The notes beneath the pieces were generated by a model. That model saw only the letters and a program-made list of their open reading frames with translations. It was not told the origin of the DNA and did no database searches. Source: Pseudomonadota bacterium (GTDB lineage: Bacteria > Pseudomonadota > Alphaproteobacteria > Micavibrionales > UBA1664). From it: a stretch of 64,000 bases of DNA. Shown piece by piece: positions 39,017 to 49,871 of the stretch (positions are counted from its first letter, which is position 1; each line of letters starts with the position of its first letter). Where the stretch lies: NCBI GenBank assembly GCA_009926935.1, contig RFNZ01000007.1, positions 14,200 through 78,199 of the forward strand, written 5' to 3'. Both the position numbers and the translations under genes were made by a program.

Positions 39017-39772
39017 ATGCCAGCCCCACTTGCCAAAAACATCGTATCCATGGCCCAAAAAGGGCTAGATCTGCTCTTGCCGCCCCTGTGCCCGGCCACG
39101 GGTGTTGAGGTGGATGCGCATGGCACGGTTGCCGCCGATTACTGGGTATCCCTGCGCTTTATACGTAAACCTTTTTGCGAGCAGTGCGCGCTGCCTTTCC
39201 CGCATGATCTGGGAGGGGCTTCCGGCCCGCTTTTATGCGGCAGCTGTATCGAGAACCCGCCCAGTTTCAGGCGGGCACGCTCTGCCCTTATTTATGACGA
39301 TGCCAGCCGGTCCATCATTACGCGCTTTAAGTATGGGGATCAGCTGCAGGCCATCCGTTCGCTCGTGCCGTGGCTCAAGGAGGCTGGCGCTGAAATTTTG
39401 GTTGAAGCCGATGTTCTGGTGCCTGTGCCTCTTCATCGCTGGCGGTTACTGAAGCGGCGTTATAACCAATCCGCTCTTTTGGTACGGGCGCTGGGCGCTG
39501 CTACGGGCAAGGTTACTGTGCTTGATGGCCTTCAGCGCATTAGGCCGACACCTACACAAGGCCGTCTTACCCGCAAGGAGCGGGAAGAGAATATGAAGGG
39601 TGCGTTTGCCGTGCGTGATGGGGCAAAAGACGCTTTTTTAGGCAAAAACATCGTGCTGGTGGATGATGTGTTTACGACGGGCGCAACCCTTAATGCCTGC
39701 GCCAAAGCCCTTTACGATGCCGGAGCGCTATCTGTTGACGCTCTTACGATTGCCCGCGTGCCTAAAGACTAG
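39017..39772 (+). CDS. comF: ComF-family protein (double zinc ribbon plus phosphoribosyltransferase domain)
   Basis: N-terminal Cys pairs (LCPATG...CEQC...CGSC) and the PRTase motif IVLVDDVFTTGATL. The start could also be the in-frame ATG at 39050. Confidence 0.8.
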   Translation: MPAPLAKNIVSMAQKGLDLLLPPLCPATGVEVDAHGTVAADYWVSLRFIRKPFCEQCALPFPHDLGGASGPLLCGSCIENPPSFRRARSALIYDDASRSIITRFKYGDQLQAIRSLVPWLKEAGAEILVEADVLVPVPLHRWRLLKRRYNQSALLVRALGAATGKVTVLDGLQRIRPTPTQGRLTRKEREENMKGAFAVRDGAKDAFLGKNIVLVDDVFTTGATLNACAKALYDAGALSVDALTIARVPKD

Positions 39773-40482
39773 CGCGCGTATAGCACCTGATAAAAGTAGT
39801 TATCATCGCTGCCGTAACCGCCCGTGCGGTTGATGCAACCGGCTGTTTTGCGCTGGATTTGTGTTGCTACATCGCCAATTTCGTCCGTTGCGTTATTGGG
39901 GCCAGTAAAGGCGCCCGTGTAGACCGTGGCGCCTGCCCAGGAATCAGAAGGTGGAGCGTTTGAAGGGTTGGTGATTTTCAAAGCATTGTTGATTTGCATG
40001 CAGGTGTTTTGGTCGAGAATGGCGATCATCAAGACAAGATCATGGGCTGTTGAGCCGACGCCATTGACTTTAAGGGCATAGACAACGCCGTGGCCGCTCT
40101 GGACATCCGTAGCGATGGGAGAGGATACGGAGACAGCCGGAAAGGTTTTAGCCTCAAGCCCGCCGCCCGAGACATCAAAGATTTTGCAGGCACTGCTTGT
40201 GCAGGCGGCGTTTGCGCCCATCACGTTTGTGCCGTTAAAAAGCTTCCAGATGGTGTTTTCAAAGCTGATGGCGTTTTCGGAATTGTCGCTTGAGAGCATG
40301 CGGCCTACAGCCTTCTCCATTGATGAGCCGTAGGACATGTAGTCCGTGGCGCTTATCGTGCCGCGTTCGCGGTCCATACTGGTTGTTCCGCGGGTCGAAT
40401 TGCTGATGGCATAGGTGAGTGCCGCAAAGAGCATAATAGCGATCAGGATGATAAAGAGGACGTTACCCTTCTGTTTCAGCAT
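39769..40482 (-). CDS. Hypothetical protein with a pilin/pseudopilin-like N-terminal hydrophobic helix
   Basis: MLKQKGNVLFIILIAIMLFAALTYAISNS resembles a prepilin leader plus helix, but it lacks the canonical G/F cleavage site and Glu5. Confidence 0.5.
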   Translation of the reverse strand: MLKQKGNVLFIILIAIMLFAALTYAISNSTRGTTSMDRERGTISATDYMSYGSSMEKAVGRMLSSDNSENAISFENTIWKLFNGTNVMGANAACTSSACKIFDVSGGGLEAKTFPAVSVSSPIATDVQSGHGVVYALKVNGVGSTAHDLVLMIAILDQNTCMQINNALKITNPSNAPPSDSWAGATVYTGAFTGPNNATDEIGDVATQIQRKTAGCINRTGGYGSDDNYFYQVLYAR

Positions 40483-40545
40483 GGACGTAACCTATCTGTT
40501 TGTTATAAAACTGCACGAAGTCTATTCGAACCCTTGTGAAATGTC

Positions 40546-42054
40546 ATGTCAAAAACCGTTGCAGTACCCACGACCGACCAACCACTGACCGACCCGCGCG
40601 TGGCACGGCAGGCCAAGCTACAGACCGTGCGGGATGCGGGCGGGAACCCTTATGCTTACACCTACGACCGCACGCACGAGGCGGGGGCGCTTCAGGCCAA
40701 GTATGCGGAACTGCCAGTGGGGACGGAAACCGAGGATGAAGTATCGGTAGCGGGCCGCATTATGGCCATGCGCAATAACGGTATGTTTATCGACCTTCAC
40801 GACCCTTCGGGCAAAATTCAGGTGTTCTGCCACAAGGACAGCATGAACGAGGACGAGCTAGCGAAGCTCGAGACGCTTGATCTAGGCGATATTATAGGGG
40901 CCAAGGGTAAAATCCGCCGCACGCCGCGGGGTGAACTTTCGGTGCGTGTGTCGCACATCCAGCTTTTGACCAAGTGTCTGTTGCCGCTGCCTGAAAAATA
41001 TCATGGCCTCACGGATATCGAGCAGCGTTATCGGCAGCGTTATGTTGACTTGATCGTGAACGAGGAAAGCCGCGATACGCTACGCAAGCGTTCTCTTATT
41101 ACGACCGCCATGCGTGATTATCTTACAAAACAGTGGGGCGGTATAGAAGTTGAAACGCCGATGTTGCACCCGATTTTGGGTGGTGCGACGGCTAAACCGT
41201 TTGTCACGCATCACAACACGCTCGATACCGATTTCTTTATGCGCGTGGCGCCAGAGCTATACCTTAAACGCCTTATCGTTGGTGGTCTTGCGGATTGTGT
41301 GTTTGAAATTAATCGTTGCTTCCGCAACGAAGGCATTAGCCCCAAGCACAATCCTGAATTTACATCTGCTGAGCTTTACAAGGCTTTTACTGATGTAAAC
41401 GACATGATGGATTTGACGGAAGGTCTGGTGCAGTACATCGCGCAAACGGTGTTCGGCACACTTGAATTCAAGTACGGCGATAATGTCATTAACCTAGGCG
41501 GCAAGTGGCCGCGTAAATCCATGTGCGGGCTTGTGATGGATGCGACGGGCGTCGATTTCATGACGATATTCGATGCGGCTGAAGCCCGCGCGGCTGCCAA
41601 AAAACTTGGTGTGCATGTGGAGCCCACGGCCAAGTGGGGCGAGGTTGTGGCCGCTGTGTTTGAAGAAAAGGTTGAAGATACGCTTATACAGCCCACGCAT
41701 ATTACGGACTTCCCGCTCGATATATCACCGCTTGCCAAAGTACATCGCGACAACCCACGCCTGACAGAACGTACTGAAACATACGTGAACGGCTGGGAGA
41801 TTGCGAACATGTTCACTGAGCTCAACGATCCTGCTGATCAGCAGGCGCGGTTTGAAGAACAGGTGAAAGCCCGTGAAGCCGGTAACGATGAAGCGCAGAT
41901 GCTTGATGCCGATTACGTGACAGCCCTTGAATACGGCTTGCCACCCTGCGGCGGCTGGGGGTTGGGCGTTGACAGGCTTACCATGATTTTGACTGGTTCG
42001 CCCAATATCCGTGATGTCATTTGCTTCCCGACCTTGAAGCCGATCAAGGTGTAA
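40546..42054 (+). CDS. lysS: Lysine--tRNA ligase, class II
   Basis: OB-fold N-domain, motif 2 [17 protein letters not shown], motif 3 [13 protein letters not shown]. Confidence 0.95.
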   Translation: MSKTVAVPTTDQPLTDPRVARQAKLQTVRDAGGNPYAYTYDRTHEAGALQAKYAELPVGTETEDEVSVAGRIMAMRNNGMFIDLHDPSGKIQVFCHKDSMNEDELAKLETLDLGDIIGAKGKIRRTPRGELSVRVSHIQLLTKCLLPLPEKYHGLTDIEQRYRQRYVDLIVNEESRDTLRKRSLITTAMRDYLTKQWGGIEVETPMLHPILGGATAKPFVTHHNTLDTDFFMRVAPELYLKRLIVGGLADCVFEINRCFRNEGISPKHNPEFTSAELYKAFTDVNDMMDLTEGLVQYIAQTVFGTLEFKYGDNVINLGGKWPRKSMCGLVMDATGVDFMTIFDAAEARAAAKKLGVHVEPTAKWGEVVAAVFEEKVEDTLIQPTHITDFPLDISPLAKVHRDNPRLTERTETYVNGWEIANMFTELNDPADQQARFEEQVKAREAGNDEAQMLDADYVTALEYGLPPCGGWGLGVDRLTMILTGSPNIRDVICFPTLKPIKV

Positions 42055-42056
42055 AT

Positions 42057-43715
42057 ATGCCGACCGATCTTGAGATAGCCCGCAGCGTTAAACCCAAAGC
42101 TATTGCGGAGGTTGCACGGGAGGCGGGCGTGTCTACCGATGCGCTGATCCCTTACGGGCGTATCAAAGCCAAAATCGATCTTGACTGGTGTCAGACGCAG
42201 ATCAAAAAGAACAAACGCGGCAAGCTGATACTAGTGACCGCCACCAACCCCACGCCTGCGGGTGAGGGCAAGACAACGACGACGATTGGTCTTGCCGATG
42301 CCTTACGCCAGCAGGGTCATAAGACCATGATTGCTCTGCGTGAGCCCTCGCTCGGCCCGTGTTTTGGGCGCAAAGGCGGGGCTACGGGCGGCGGGCATGC
42401 GCAGATCGTGCCGATGGAGGATATCAATCTCCATTTCAATGGCGATTTTCATGCAATCACGGCTGCCCACAACCTGCTTGCAGCCATGATCGATAACCAC
42501 CTGCATTTCGGCAATGCGCTCGATATTGATCCAGCGACTATCACATGGGGCCGTGTCCTGGATACAAACGACCGCGCGCTGCGTGCCATAGAAGTGGGTT
42601 CGAAGCCTGAAACGCGGCATGCATCACGGTTTGATATTACGGTTGCGTCTGAGGTGATGGCGATTTTCTGTTTGGCTGAAAGCCTTGAGGATTTAGCCGC
42701 GCGTCTCTCGCGCATCATCGTTGCCTATGACCGTAGGGGAAATGCCGTAACGCCGGTACACCTTAAAGCCGTCGGCTCCATGGTTGTGCTTTTGCGTGAT
42801 GCCATGGCACCCAATCTCGTGCAGTCGCTTGAGGGTACGCCTGCCATCGTCCATGGCGGGCCGTTTGCCAATATCGCGCATGGCTGCAACAGTGTGATTG
42901 CAACACGCACCGCACTTGCCCTTGGCGATTACGCCGTAACAGAAGCTGGTTTTGGTGCTGACCTCGGCGCCGAGAAATTTCTGGATATCAAATGCCGCCA
43001 GTCGGGCCTGTGGCCGGATGCTGCGGTGATCGTAGCTACGGTTCGCGCTCTCAAGATGCATGGCGGTGTTGCCAAGGCCGATTTAGGGCTTGAGAACGTT
43101 GACGCTCTTAAAAAGGGTTTTGCCAATCTGCAACGCCATATCAGCAACATGAAATCTTTTGGGGTTCCGGTTGTTGTGGGCATCAACCACTTTACATCCG
43201 ATACCGATGCCGAATGGCAGACCCTCAAGAGCCTCGTTGAGGCGGAAGGTGTGCCCGTAGCCCTTTGCCGTCATTGGGCTGATGGCGGGCGCGGCACTCA
43301 GGAGCTGGCGCGGATTGTCACGAACATCTGCAAATCCAACCCGCCACAATATGTGTATAGCGATGATTATAATCCGTCCGATAAAATAAGGGCGGTCGCG
43401 GAAAAAATTTATGGCGCTGCCGATGTGACGTTTTCTGATGCGGCACGCAACAAGCTTGATGGTTTTATAAAAGCAGGTTTTGGCAAGTTGCCCGTGTGTA
43501 TGGCCAAAACACAGGAGAGCTTTGCGGCTGACCCGGCCATGCTGGGCGCACCTAGCGGCCATACCGTCCATGTGCGCGATGTGCGTTTATCGGCGGGGGC
43601 CGGGTTTATTGTGGCGCTTTGCGGTACCATCAATACCATGCCGGGCTTGCCGCGTATGCCTGCGGCTGAGGCCATCGGTCTTGACGAGAACGGCAATATC
43701 GTAGGGCTTTTTTAA
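42057..43715 (+). CDS. fhs: Formate--tetrahydrofolate ligase
   Basis: [16 protein letters not shown]-loop and an [11 protein letters not shown]-terminus. The ATG at 42057 lies 2 nt after the lysS stop. The ORF-track start at 42021 overlaps lysS. Confidence 0.95.
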   Translation: MPTDLEIARSVKPKAIAEVAREAGVSTDALIPYGRIKAKIDLDWCQTQIKKNKRGKLILVTATNPTPAGEGKTTTTIGLADALRQQGHKTMIALREPSLGPCFGRKGGATGGGHAQIVPMEDINLHFNGDFHAITAAHNLLAAMIDNHLHFGNALDIDPATITWGRVLDTNDRALRAIEVGSKPETRHASRFDITVASEVMAIFCLAESLEDLAARLSRIIVAYDRRGNAVTPVHLKAVGSMVVLLRDAMAPNLVQSLEGTPAIVHGGPFANIAHGCNSVIATRTALALGDYAVTEAGFGADLGAEKFLDIKCRQSGLWPDAAVIVATVRALKMHGGVAKADLGLENVDALKKGFANLQRHISNMKSFGVPVVVGINHFTSDTDAEWQTLKSLVEAEGVPVALCRHWADGGRGTQELARIVTNICKSNPPQYVYSDDYNPSDKIRAVAEKIYGAADVTFSDAARNKLDGFIKAGFGKLPVCMAKTQESFAADPAMLGAPSGHTVHVRDVRLSAGAGFIVALCGTINTMPGLPRMPAAEAIGLDENGNIVGLF

Positions 43716-44206
43716 GCGTAAGCGAGTTGCGCTGCGCGGTTGATTTTCTCGGCGGGTAGGGATGTACGGGCGCGTTTCTCAAAGATGTCACTGACATTGG
43801 ATAAAAAGCGCGTGCGCATAGTGCGCATCGTTTCCGGCATCATATCCAGTGTCGGTGCTACGGCCTCATGCTTGAAACTGACGCCCAGATAGGCGGCATC
43901 GTTGTTCCAATTCACATGCTTGTTGCGCTTGAAGCCGTTGACCGTTTGCTCCAGATCCATCACGGCTTCAAATACGAGGTCGGAGAGGCCGGTTAGAAGA
44001 TAATTCGTTACGGCAGTATCTACGCCTCTTCTTTCAAGCTCCTGACGCGCTTCCGCGAGGCTGCGATAGCGTGGTGCTGTTGCAGGTACCGGTTCAGGTT
44101 TCTGGCCCCAAAGAGCACCAATTACGCTTGTGCGCGGGCGTGCCTCGGCAATAGGGTCAAACAGGATTGCCGTGATCACTTCGGCGGGGCTTTGTGTGTT
44201 TTTCAT
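43712..44206 (-). CDS. Hypothetical protein
   Basis: 164-aa ORF in a lower-GC block, with a 4-nt stop-stop overlap with fhs. No motif recognised. Confidence 0.5.
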   Translation of the reverse strand: MKNTQSPAEVITAILFDPIAEARPRTSVIGALWGQKPEPVPATAPRYRSLAEARQELERRGVDTAVTNYLLTGLSDLVFEAVMDLEQTVNGFKRNKHVNWNNDAAYLGVSFKHEAVAPTLDMMPETMRTMRTRFLSNVSDIFEKRARTSLPAEKINRAAQLAYA

Positions 44207-44252
44207 GGACTCAGGGATAATCCCAAAAAATACTTCAGTAAAGGTGTATTTT

Positions 44253-44561
44253 TCAGAAAATCTTCAAACGTTCGATGTCCCAGCGTGGTGGGGCCATCTC
44301 CCGAATTTCCAAACCGTGTCTTTCGGCGATGTCGTTCGATAGTAACTCGGCCGTGCGGTCGGCGGCATAGGCCATTACCATGAGGCCCAGGCCTAGGGCC
44401 GTGATTTCAGGGTTGGCGAGGCCAATAAACTTAAACGCAAGGTTGCCGCCCTGGATTGTGAGCCCGCCTGCCGATGCGCCAGCCGAGCCTGCCCACGCCA
44501 AGCCTACAGCCTTGCCGCGCCACGTGTAGTCCAGCACCAGAAATGGTTTTTCTTTTGACAT
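44253..44561 (-). CDS. Hypothetical small protein with a Gly/Ala-rich hydrophobic core
   Basis: 102 aa. GLAWAGSAGASAGGLTIQGG...ALGLGLMVMAYAA suggests membrane association. Confidence 0.45.
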   Translation of the reverse strand: MSKEKPFLVLDYTWRGKAVGLAWAGSAGASAGGLTIQGGNLAFKFIGLANPEITALGLGLMVMAYAADRTAELLSNDIAERHGLEIREMAPPRWDIERLKIF

Positions 44562-44626
44562 AGTTACTTCTGATACGCGGAGAGCTTAGACGCTGTCAAA
44601 AGAAAACAGAATTGTTGCGCCCATCA

Positions 44627-45952
44627 CTATGTGGGCGTGAACATTTTTTTATGAAAGAAATTGCGTTGGCCATCTACGACGTTGCTGTATTTATCCTGCA
44701 AGTCTTCGTAGCTTAAGTTTCCGTGGCCACGCTTGTTGTCGAGGGCGAGCGCTTCCTCCATGAAAGTGCCACGCAGTGCTTTTAAATCAGCAAGAGCCTG
44801 AGCGGCAGTTATTGCAGGTGCGCCAGGCGTAACAATCGCAGGTAATTTGCCTGTAAGTAATGTCAGGTCTTCTGCCAGCTGTTGGTAATTAGCCATTCCG
44901 ACACCACGGAACCGAAACAACCAGTCTGCAACTGGTTGGCTTGTACCGTTATCAGCATTAAATTTTTGGTTTGCAGTAAGGAAATCAGAGATGGTCGAAA
45001 TCTCGTTATAAGGGCCTTCACGGCCAGATTTTTTGTCTTCAATAAACTTTTCAAGAAATCCGCGGATACGTTTGACGGCAAGTTTTTCACCACTCGTGCG
45101 CATGGACGCATCTAGAGCTTCAAGCATGTTTCCTTGAAGAATTTCCTCAATTGTAGGTTCGCGCCTGATTTCGGGGCGGGCCAAGCCTGCCAGTATGTTT
45201 GTTACAGCTGCCTGATTTTTTTCTGCGTAGTCGATAGCTTCAGATAGCAATAGATCGGGTTTGCCTAATTCTTGTGCCAAATGGTTGAATAGATGCTTTA
45301 TACCCTCTGAAGGGTTGAATGCCTTGAAAAATTCGTCTTTGGTCAGATCAGGAGCTGCATAAGGCAAACGGTTTTTTTGTCTGCGGGGGCCACGCGCACC
45401 GAGATTGACTTGTTCTCCTCGGATATCACGTTCTTCATTGCGACCAAGGCCGCCAGTTACGTTTGTTGTTCCAGAGATATTGCTTAAATCGACTTGGGCA
45501 AGGCCGCCAGGCGCTCTTCTTTGTCTTTCTTCTGCGGCTTCAAATAAATTCTCGATTACCTGCCAGTCAGGATGAGTTATTTCAAACCCGCCGTCATGGA
45601 TCACGGTATTATCCGTACTTACACCTAGTACATGGCGCCTGCTAGCGACGCCACTTGAAGAAGGTATGATGACAAATTCTTCATTTCCCGGCAGTCCGGC
45701 TCCTTGATTGTCGGTTACCTTTATGCCCGAGATATTCGGATAGTATTGTGCAGCTTGGTCGCGTGTAAGGAGAGGGCAGAGATTTATATCGTGGCCTTCA
45801 TCGTAGGCATCGGCACCGCCAAAGGGGGGCAATACCAGTGCACGAACCATTTCCTGGCCATGTTCCGGTTTGCCAGTCAAAGCCCTGAGAGGTACCTTTA
45901 CGATATCTCTCTCTTTTAACTGTGCTACTGAAATTAAGCCTTTTGCGCGCAT
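44627..45952 (-). CDS. Hypothetical protein (441 aa from the preferred start)
   Basis: The ATG at 45952 (MRAKGLISV...) is preceded by AAGAGG at 5-nt spacing. The ORF-track start at 45991 has no SD. No domain recognised, and the gene is visibly AT-richer than its neighbours. Confidence 0.55.
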   Translation of the reverse strand: MRAKGLISVAQLKERDIVKVPLRALTGKPEHGQEMVRALVLPPFGGADAYDEGHDINLCPLLTRDQAAQYYPNISGIKVTDNQGAGLPGNEEFVIIPSSSGVASRRHVLGVSTDNTVIHDGGFEITHPDWQVIENLFEAAEERQRRAPGGLAQVDLSNISGTTNVTGGLGRNEERDIRGEQVNLGARGPRRQKNRLPYAAPDLTKDEFFKAFNPSEGIKHLFNHLAQELGKPDLLLSEAIDYAEKNQAAVTNILAGLARPEIRREPTIEEILQGNMLEALDASMRTSGEKLAVKRIRGFLEKFIEDKKSGREGPYNEISTISDFLTANQKFNADNGTSQPVADWLFRFRGVGMANYQQLAEDLTLLTGKLPAIVTPGAPAITAAQALADLKALRGTFMEEALALDNKRGHGNLSYEDLQDKYSNVVDGQRNFFHKKMFTPT

Positions 45953-46036
45953 ACGACCTCTTAGCGGATCATATGCGAAAATTATTAACATAATATAAAT
46001 TTGATTTATTCCCTGCGAAGGCCTAGATTTCCGGCC

Positions 46037-46309
46037 ATGAAAGCGCTTCAGAAATTTGCTGAAATTACCGCGGGTGTTGATCCAGCGACAGGCCGCTATG
46101 TTGTGCTTGCCACAAATATCAACGAAAGCCCTCGCGTTGCTGGCCTTCCGTCTGTAAGCGCGGATTCATTTGAAGCGTTTATGAGAGTGGCAGCGCAGGC
46201 TGTTGTCGAGAGATCTCTTGATGCCGAAACATTAAGAATTACCCATCCTGAGGGGGAAGTTGTCTCGATTGATCTACGCTTCGAAGTAGGACGACTGAGA
46301 GTTGCCTAA
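46037..46309 (+). CDS. Hypothetical small protein
   Basis: 90 aa from the ATG at 46037 (MKALQKFAEI...). The upstream part of the ORF-track ORF translates a degenerate repeat unit (IYSLRRPRF). Confidence 0.35.
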   Translation: MKALQKFAEITAGVDPATGRYVVLATNINESPRVAGLPSVSADSFEAFMRVAAQAVVERSLDAETLRITHPEGEVVSIDLRFEVGRLRVA

Positions 46310-46336
46310 CCGCCCTTGACGTTCTAGTTTCCTCTC

Positions 46337-48403
46337 ATGGAAACGGCGCTATTAAAACCTTTCAACCTTGTATCCGACTTCAAGCCCGCGGGTGATCAAC
46401 CTCAGGCGATTGCGGAGCTTTTGGAAGGTATCGCTGCGGGCGAGCGTGACCAAGTGCTGCTTGGCGTAACAGGCTCCGGTAAAACATTCACGATGGCCCA
46501 TGTGATAGCAAAGCTTGGCCGCCCCACTCTTATCATGGCGCCTAACAAAACGCTGGCTGCGCAGTTGTATGGGGAGATGAAATCTTTCTTCCCTGATAAT
46601 GCGGTCGAATATTTTGTGTCGTACTACGACTATTACCAGCCCGAAGCCTATGTACCGCGCAGCGATACTTACATTGAAAAAGAATCCACCATCAACGAAC
46701 AGATTGACCGTATGCGCCATGCGGCCACGCGCGCGCTGTTTGAGCGGCGGGATGTCATTATCGTAGCGTCCGTTTCATGCATTTACGGTATTGGCTCCAA
46801 GGAAGATTATCAGGCGATGGTGCTGGATATCGCCAAAGGCCAGAGTATCAGCCGTGAGGAGCTGATACGCCAGTTCATCAAGCTGCAATATGACCGCAAC
46901 GATATCGATTTTTCGCGCGGCGCATTCCGCGCACGTGGTGATAGTGTCGATTTGTTTCCCGCCCACTTTGAAGATCGCGCATGGCGATTTTCGTTTTTCG
47001 GGGACGAGATCGAAGAAATTTCTGAATTCGATCCGCTTACGGGCCATGTGGCGGTAAAGATGAACGATGTGCGCGTGTTTGCAAACTCGCACTACGTTAC
47101 GCCCGGGCCTACAATGCAGCAGGCCATCAAGAATATAAAAAACGAGCTTAAGGCAAGGCTTGAGGAGTATCGCCAACAGGGCAAGCTCCTGGAGGCGCAG
47201 CGTATCGAGCAGCGCACGACGTTTGATTTGGAAATGCTGGCAGCTACCGGTTTTTGTCAGGGGATAGAAAACTATTCACGATACCTTACGGGCCGTGCGC
47301 CCGGCGAGCCGCCGCCGACTTTGCTTGAGTATCTGCCAAAAGACGCGCTGCTGATTTTGGATGAGAGCCACGTGATGGTGCCGCAACTTAACGGCATGTA
47401 TGGGGGTGACCGTAGCCGCAAAAGTACGCTTTCGGACTATGGCTTCAGGTTGCCTTCCTGCCTTGATAACCGTCCGCTTAAGTTTGAAGAGTGGAATGCA
47501 TTGAGGCCGCAAACGGTCTTTGTCTCGGCAACGCCAGGCCCGTGGGAGATGGAGCAGACTAAAGGCGTGTTTACCGAACAGGTGGTCAGACCCACTGGTC
47601 TTATCGACCCGCCGGTCGAGATCAGGCCTACCAAGCACCAGATCGATGACCTCATGGAAGAATGCCGCCGCGTTATTGCGGCCGGTATGCGTGTGTTGGT
47701 CACAACCCTAACAAAGCGCATGGCCGAGGATTTGACCGAGTATCTCACCGAAAACGGGATGAAGGTGCGTTACGTGCACTCGGATGTTGATACGCTTGAA
47801 CGTATCGAAATCATCCGCGATTTGCGTTTGGGTGCGTATGATATCCTTATCGGTATCAACCTTTTGCGCGAAGGTTTGGATATACCTGAATGCGGGTTGG
47901 TTGCGATACTCGATGCCGATAAGGAAGGGTATTTGCGCTCTAAAACATCGCTGATCCAGACCATTGGGCGCGCCGCGCGTAACGTGGATGGCAAAGCCGT
48001 CTTGTACGCCGATGTCATGACAAAAAGCATGGCGGCCGCAATTGAAGAAACATCGCGCCGCCGCGAAAAACAGCTTGCCTGGAACGCGGCCAACGGCATT
48101 ACGCCTGAGAGCATCAAAAAGAATATCAGCAACGTGATGGAAAGCGTTTACGAGCGCGGCGATCATTTGACCGTCAGCCAAGCGGGTGCCGAGGAACTGG
48201 GCATGAGCCCGGCCGAACTTGCGAAGCATATCCAGAAGCTTGAAGCCAAAATGCAGAAAGCGGCAGCAGACCTTGAATTCGAGGAGGCGGCATCCATTCG
48301 TGACGAAATCAAGCGGCTTGAGGCGATTGATCTCGGGCTTACCGTGCCCGCGATAGGTGGGGCAGCTCCCAAGCCTTCCAAAAAACAGGCTCGTCGCCGA
48401 TAA
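46337..48403 (+). CDS. uvrB: Excinuclease ABC subunit B
   Basis: [16 protein letters not shown] box and the C-terminal UVR domain [17 protein letters not shown]. Confidence 0.97.
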   Translation: METALLKPFNLVSDFKPAGDQPQAIAELLEGIAAGERDQVLLGVTGSGKTFTMAHVIAKLGRPTLIMAPNKTLAAQLYGEMKSFFPDNAVEYFVSYYDYYQPEAYVPRSDTYIEKESTINEQIDRMRHAATRALFERRDVIIVASVSCIYGIGSKEDYQAMVLDIAKGQSISREELIRQFIKLQYDRNDIDFSRGAFRARGDSVDLFPAHFEDRAWRFSFFGDEIEEISEFDPLTGHVAVKMNDVRVFANSHYVTPGPTMQQAIKNIKNELKARLEEYRQQGKLLEAQRIEQRTTFDLEMLAATGFCQGIENYSRYLTGRAPGEPPPTLLEYLPKDALLILDESHVMVPQLNGMYGGDRSRKSTLSDYGFRLPSCLDNRPLKFEEWNALRPQTVFVSATPGPWEMEQTKGVFTEQVVRPTGLIDPPVEIRPTKHQIDDLMEECRRVIAAGMRVLVTTLTKRMAEDLTEYLTENGMKVRYVHSDVDTLERIEIIRDLRLGAYDILIGINLLREGLDIPECGLVAILDADKEGYLRSKTSLIQTIGRAARNVDGKAVLYADVMTKSMAAAIEETSRRREKQLAWNAANGITPESIKKNISNVMESVYERGDHLTVSQAGAEELGMSPAELAKHIQKLEAKMQKAAADLEFEEAASIRDEIKRLEAIDLGLTVPAIGGAAPKPSKKQARRR

Positions 48404-48495
48404 ATCCCTTAAGTTATGCAAAAGTGCTTGCAAACTGACCTATAGAGTCGCATGAATTCAATAATAATTAAAAAAACGTCTAACAGGGTTGCGCT

Positions 48496-49842
48496 ATGCG
48501 CTTTTTCGACAACGTCCAGATTACCGTTCTAGATAACGGTTTTATCGTTGCTACGGATCATTTTCCTGGCCACGCAAGAACGGCTGCGACGATACTCACT
48601 GCTTCGGGCGGGTTTCATGATCCGGATGGCAAATCTGGCTGTGCGCATTTGGTTGAGCACATGTTCACACACGCGCATCCGAGCATAACCCAAAAGGATT
48701 TTCATAGGCTGATAAGCAGGCGTGCCATCAAGGCAAATATTACAACTAGCCGCGATCATACGCAGGCCCATGCCTTCGGCCTGACGGGCAGCGTAATGGA
48801 AGTACTGGATAACGCTGCAATGATGGTTGTTGCACGGAAGATCAACGATTTTGATAGACTTAACCACGAACGTCGCGTTGTTGGAAAAGAGCAGTTCGAC
48901 GAACTCAGCGACAGGGAAGGTGCCTATCGATACAAGCGTCTGGCATCCATTTTTGGCCCGCAGTCGAAAACAGTTCGCCCTGAAGGCGGTATCCCTGAAG
49001 AAATCGAAAAGCTAAGCCGTGATGATCTGTTGCATTTCTGGCACGACAATATTGTTGGCTCCAACATGATGTTTGTCAGTGCCGGTGGGCTTTCACATGT
49101 GGATGCCATTAGGTTTTGCCGCAAGCATTTTGGGCGTTTGCCTATTGGTTACAGACGTGATCGTTTTGGCGATGAGTTGCGCATGACAGACGTGAGTTTC
49201 AGGCAAAACGAGTATCAGGATGTGTTGTTCTGGGCGCGTGCTCGATTTGAAGCTTCCTCTCTTTTTGCAGACCCAAAAACTTCAAGCCGTCTGGATTTGA
49301 TGGAAATGTTCCTCACGCAGGCATTGCACGATGCTTTGCGACTTGATGACGGAACGCTGTATGGCGGGGCTAAGGCCGCTTTTACACAGGCATCCACCGG
49401 CAAGGGGTTCTTTACCATCCATGCCGAATGCACACCTGAGAACTATAAACCCGTATATTCCAGAATTGCAGAGACGTTGAATGGTATAGCCAGCGGCCTT
49501 CCGGAATACGCAGACCTTTTTGAAAATACACGAGAGTCCGTCAGCCATATTTTTGCGGAGCACGGTGCAGACCTCATGGAAAACATGCTTATGCGTCGTG
49601 TCCGTATTGTTGACGCTCTGTTGCAGTCTTCAATCATGCCTGATGTCGCGAAGGAAAAGAGGTTGTTGGAAACAACTTCTTACCAGCAGGCAGCGGCCAT
49701 ACTTCGCCGGGTTCTGGCTAGCCATGCGCCAACTACCGAATATTGGGGGCATATCGGCCCTGAGCAGATGAACGGTAGGCAAATGGCAGCTTTTTTCAAG
49801 CGGTCCGGCGCATCAGGCGTGCCAATTGCGGCTGTAGCCTAA
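48496..49842 (+). CDS. M16 (pitrilysin/insulinase) family peptidase-like protein
   Basis: Inverted zinc motif HxxEH in CAHLVEHMFTH. At 448 aa it has the two-lobe M16 length. Confidence 0.7.
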   Translation: MRFFDNVQITVLDNGFIVATDHFPGHARTAATILTASGGFHDPDGKSGCAHLVEHMFTHAHPSITQKDFHRLISRRAIKANITTSRDHTQAHAFGLTGSVMEVLDNAAMMVVARKINDFDRLNHERRVVGKEQFDELSDREGAYRYKRLASIFGPQSKTVRPEGGIPEEIEKLSRDDLLHFWHDNIVGSNMMFVSAGGLSHVDAIRFCRKHFGRLPIGYRRDRFGDELRMTDVSFRQNEYQDVLFWARARFEASSLFADPKTSSRLDLMEMFLTQALHDALRLDDGTLYGGAKAAFTQASTGKGFFTIHAECTPENYKPVYSRIAETLNGIASGLPEYADLFENTRESVSHIFAEHGADLMENMLMRRVRIVDALLQSSIMPDVAKEKRLLETTSYQQAAAILRRVLASHAPTTEYWGHIGPEQMNGRQMAAFFKRSGASGVPIAAVA

Positions 49843-49871
49843 ATTCTGCAAATCAGGGATAATGTCCATTG

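Noticed and set aside
42021-42056. Upstream start for fhs, overlapping lysS by 34 nt.
   Set aside because: The conserved Fhs N-terminus (MPTDLEIA) begins at the ATG at 42057, just after the lysS stop. The extension has no support.
44597-44637. Hairpin CGCCCA-N8-TGGGCG overlapping the stop of the 454-aa gene, as a terminator.
   Set aside because: The stem is only 6 bp and the T-rich tract starts about 10 nt after it, which is too weak to call.
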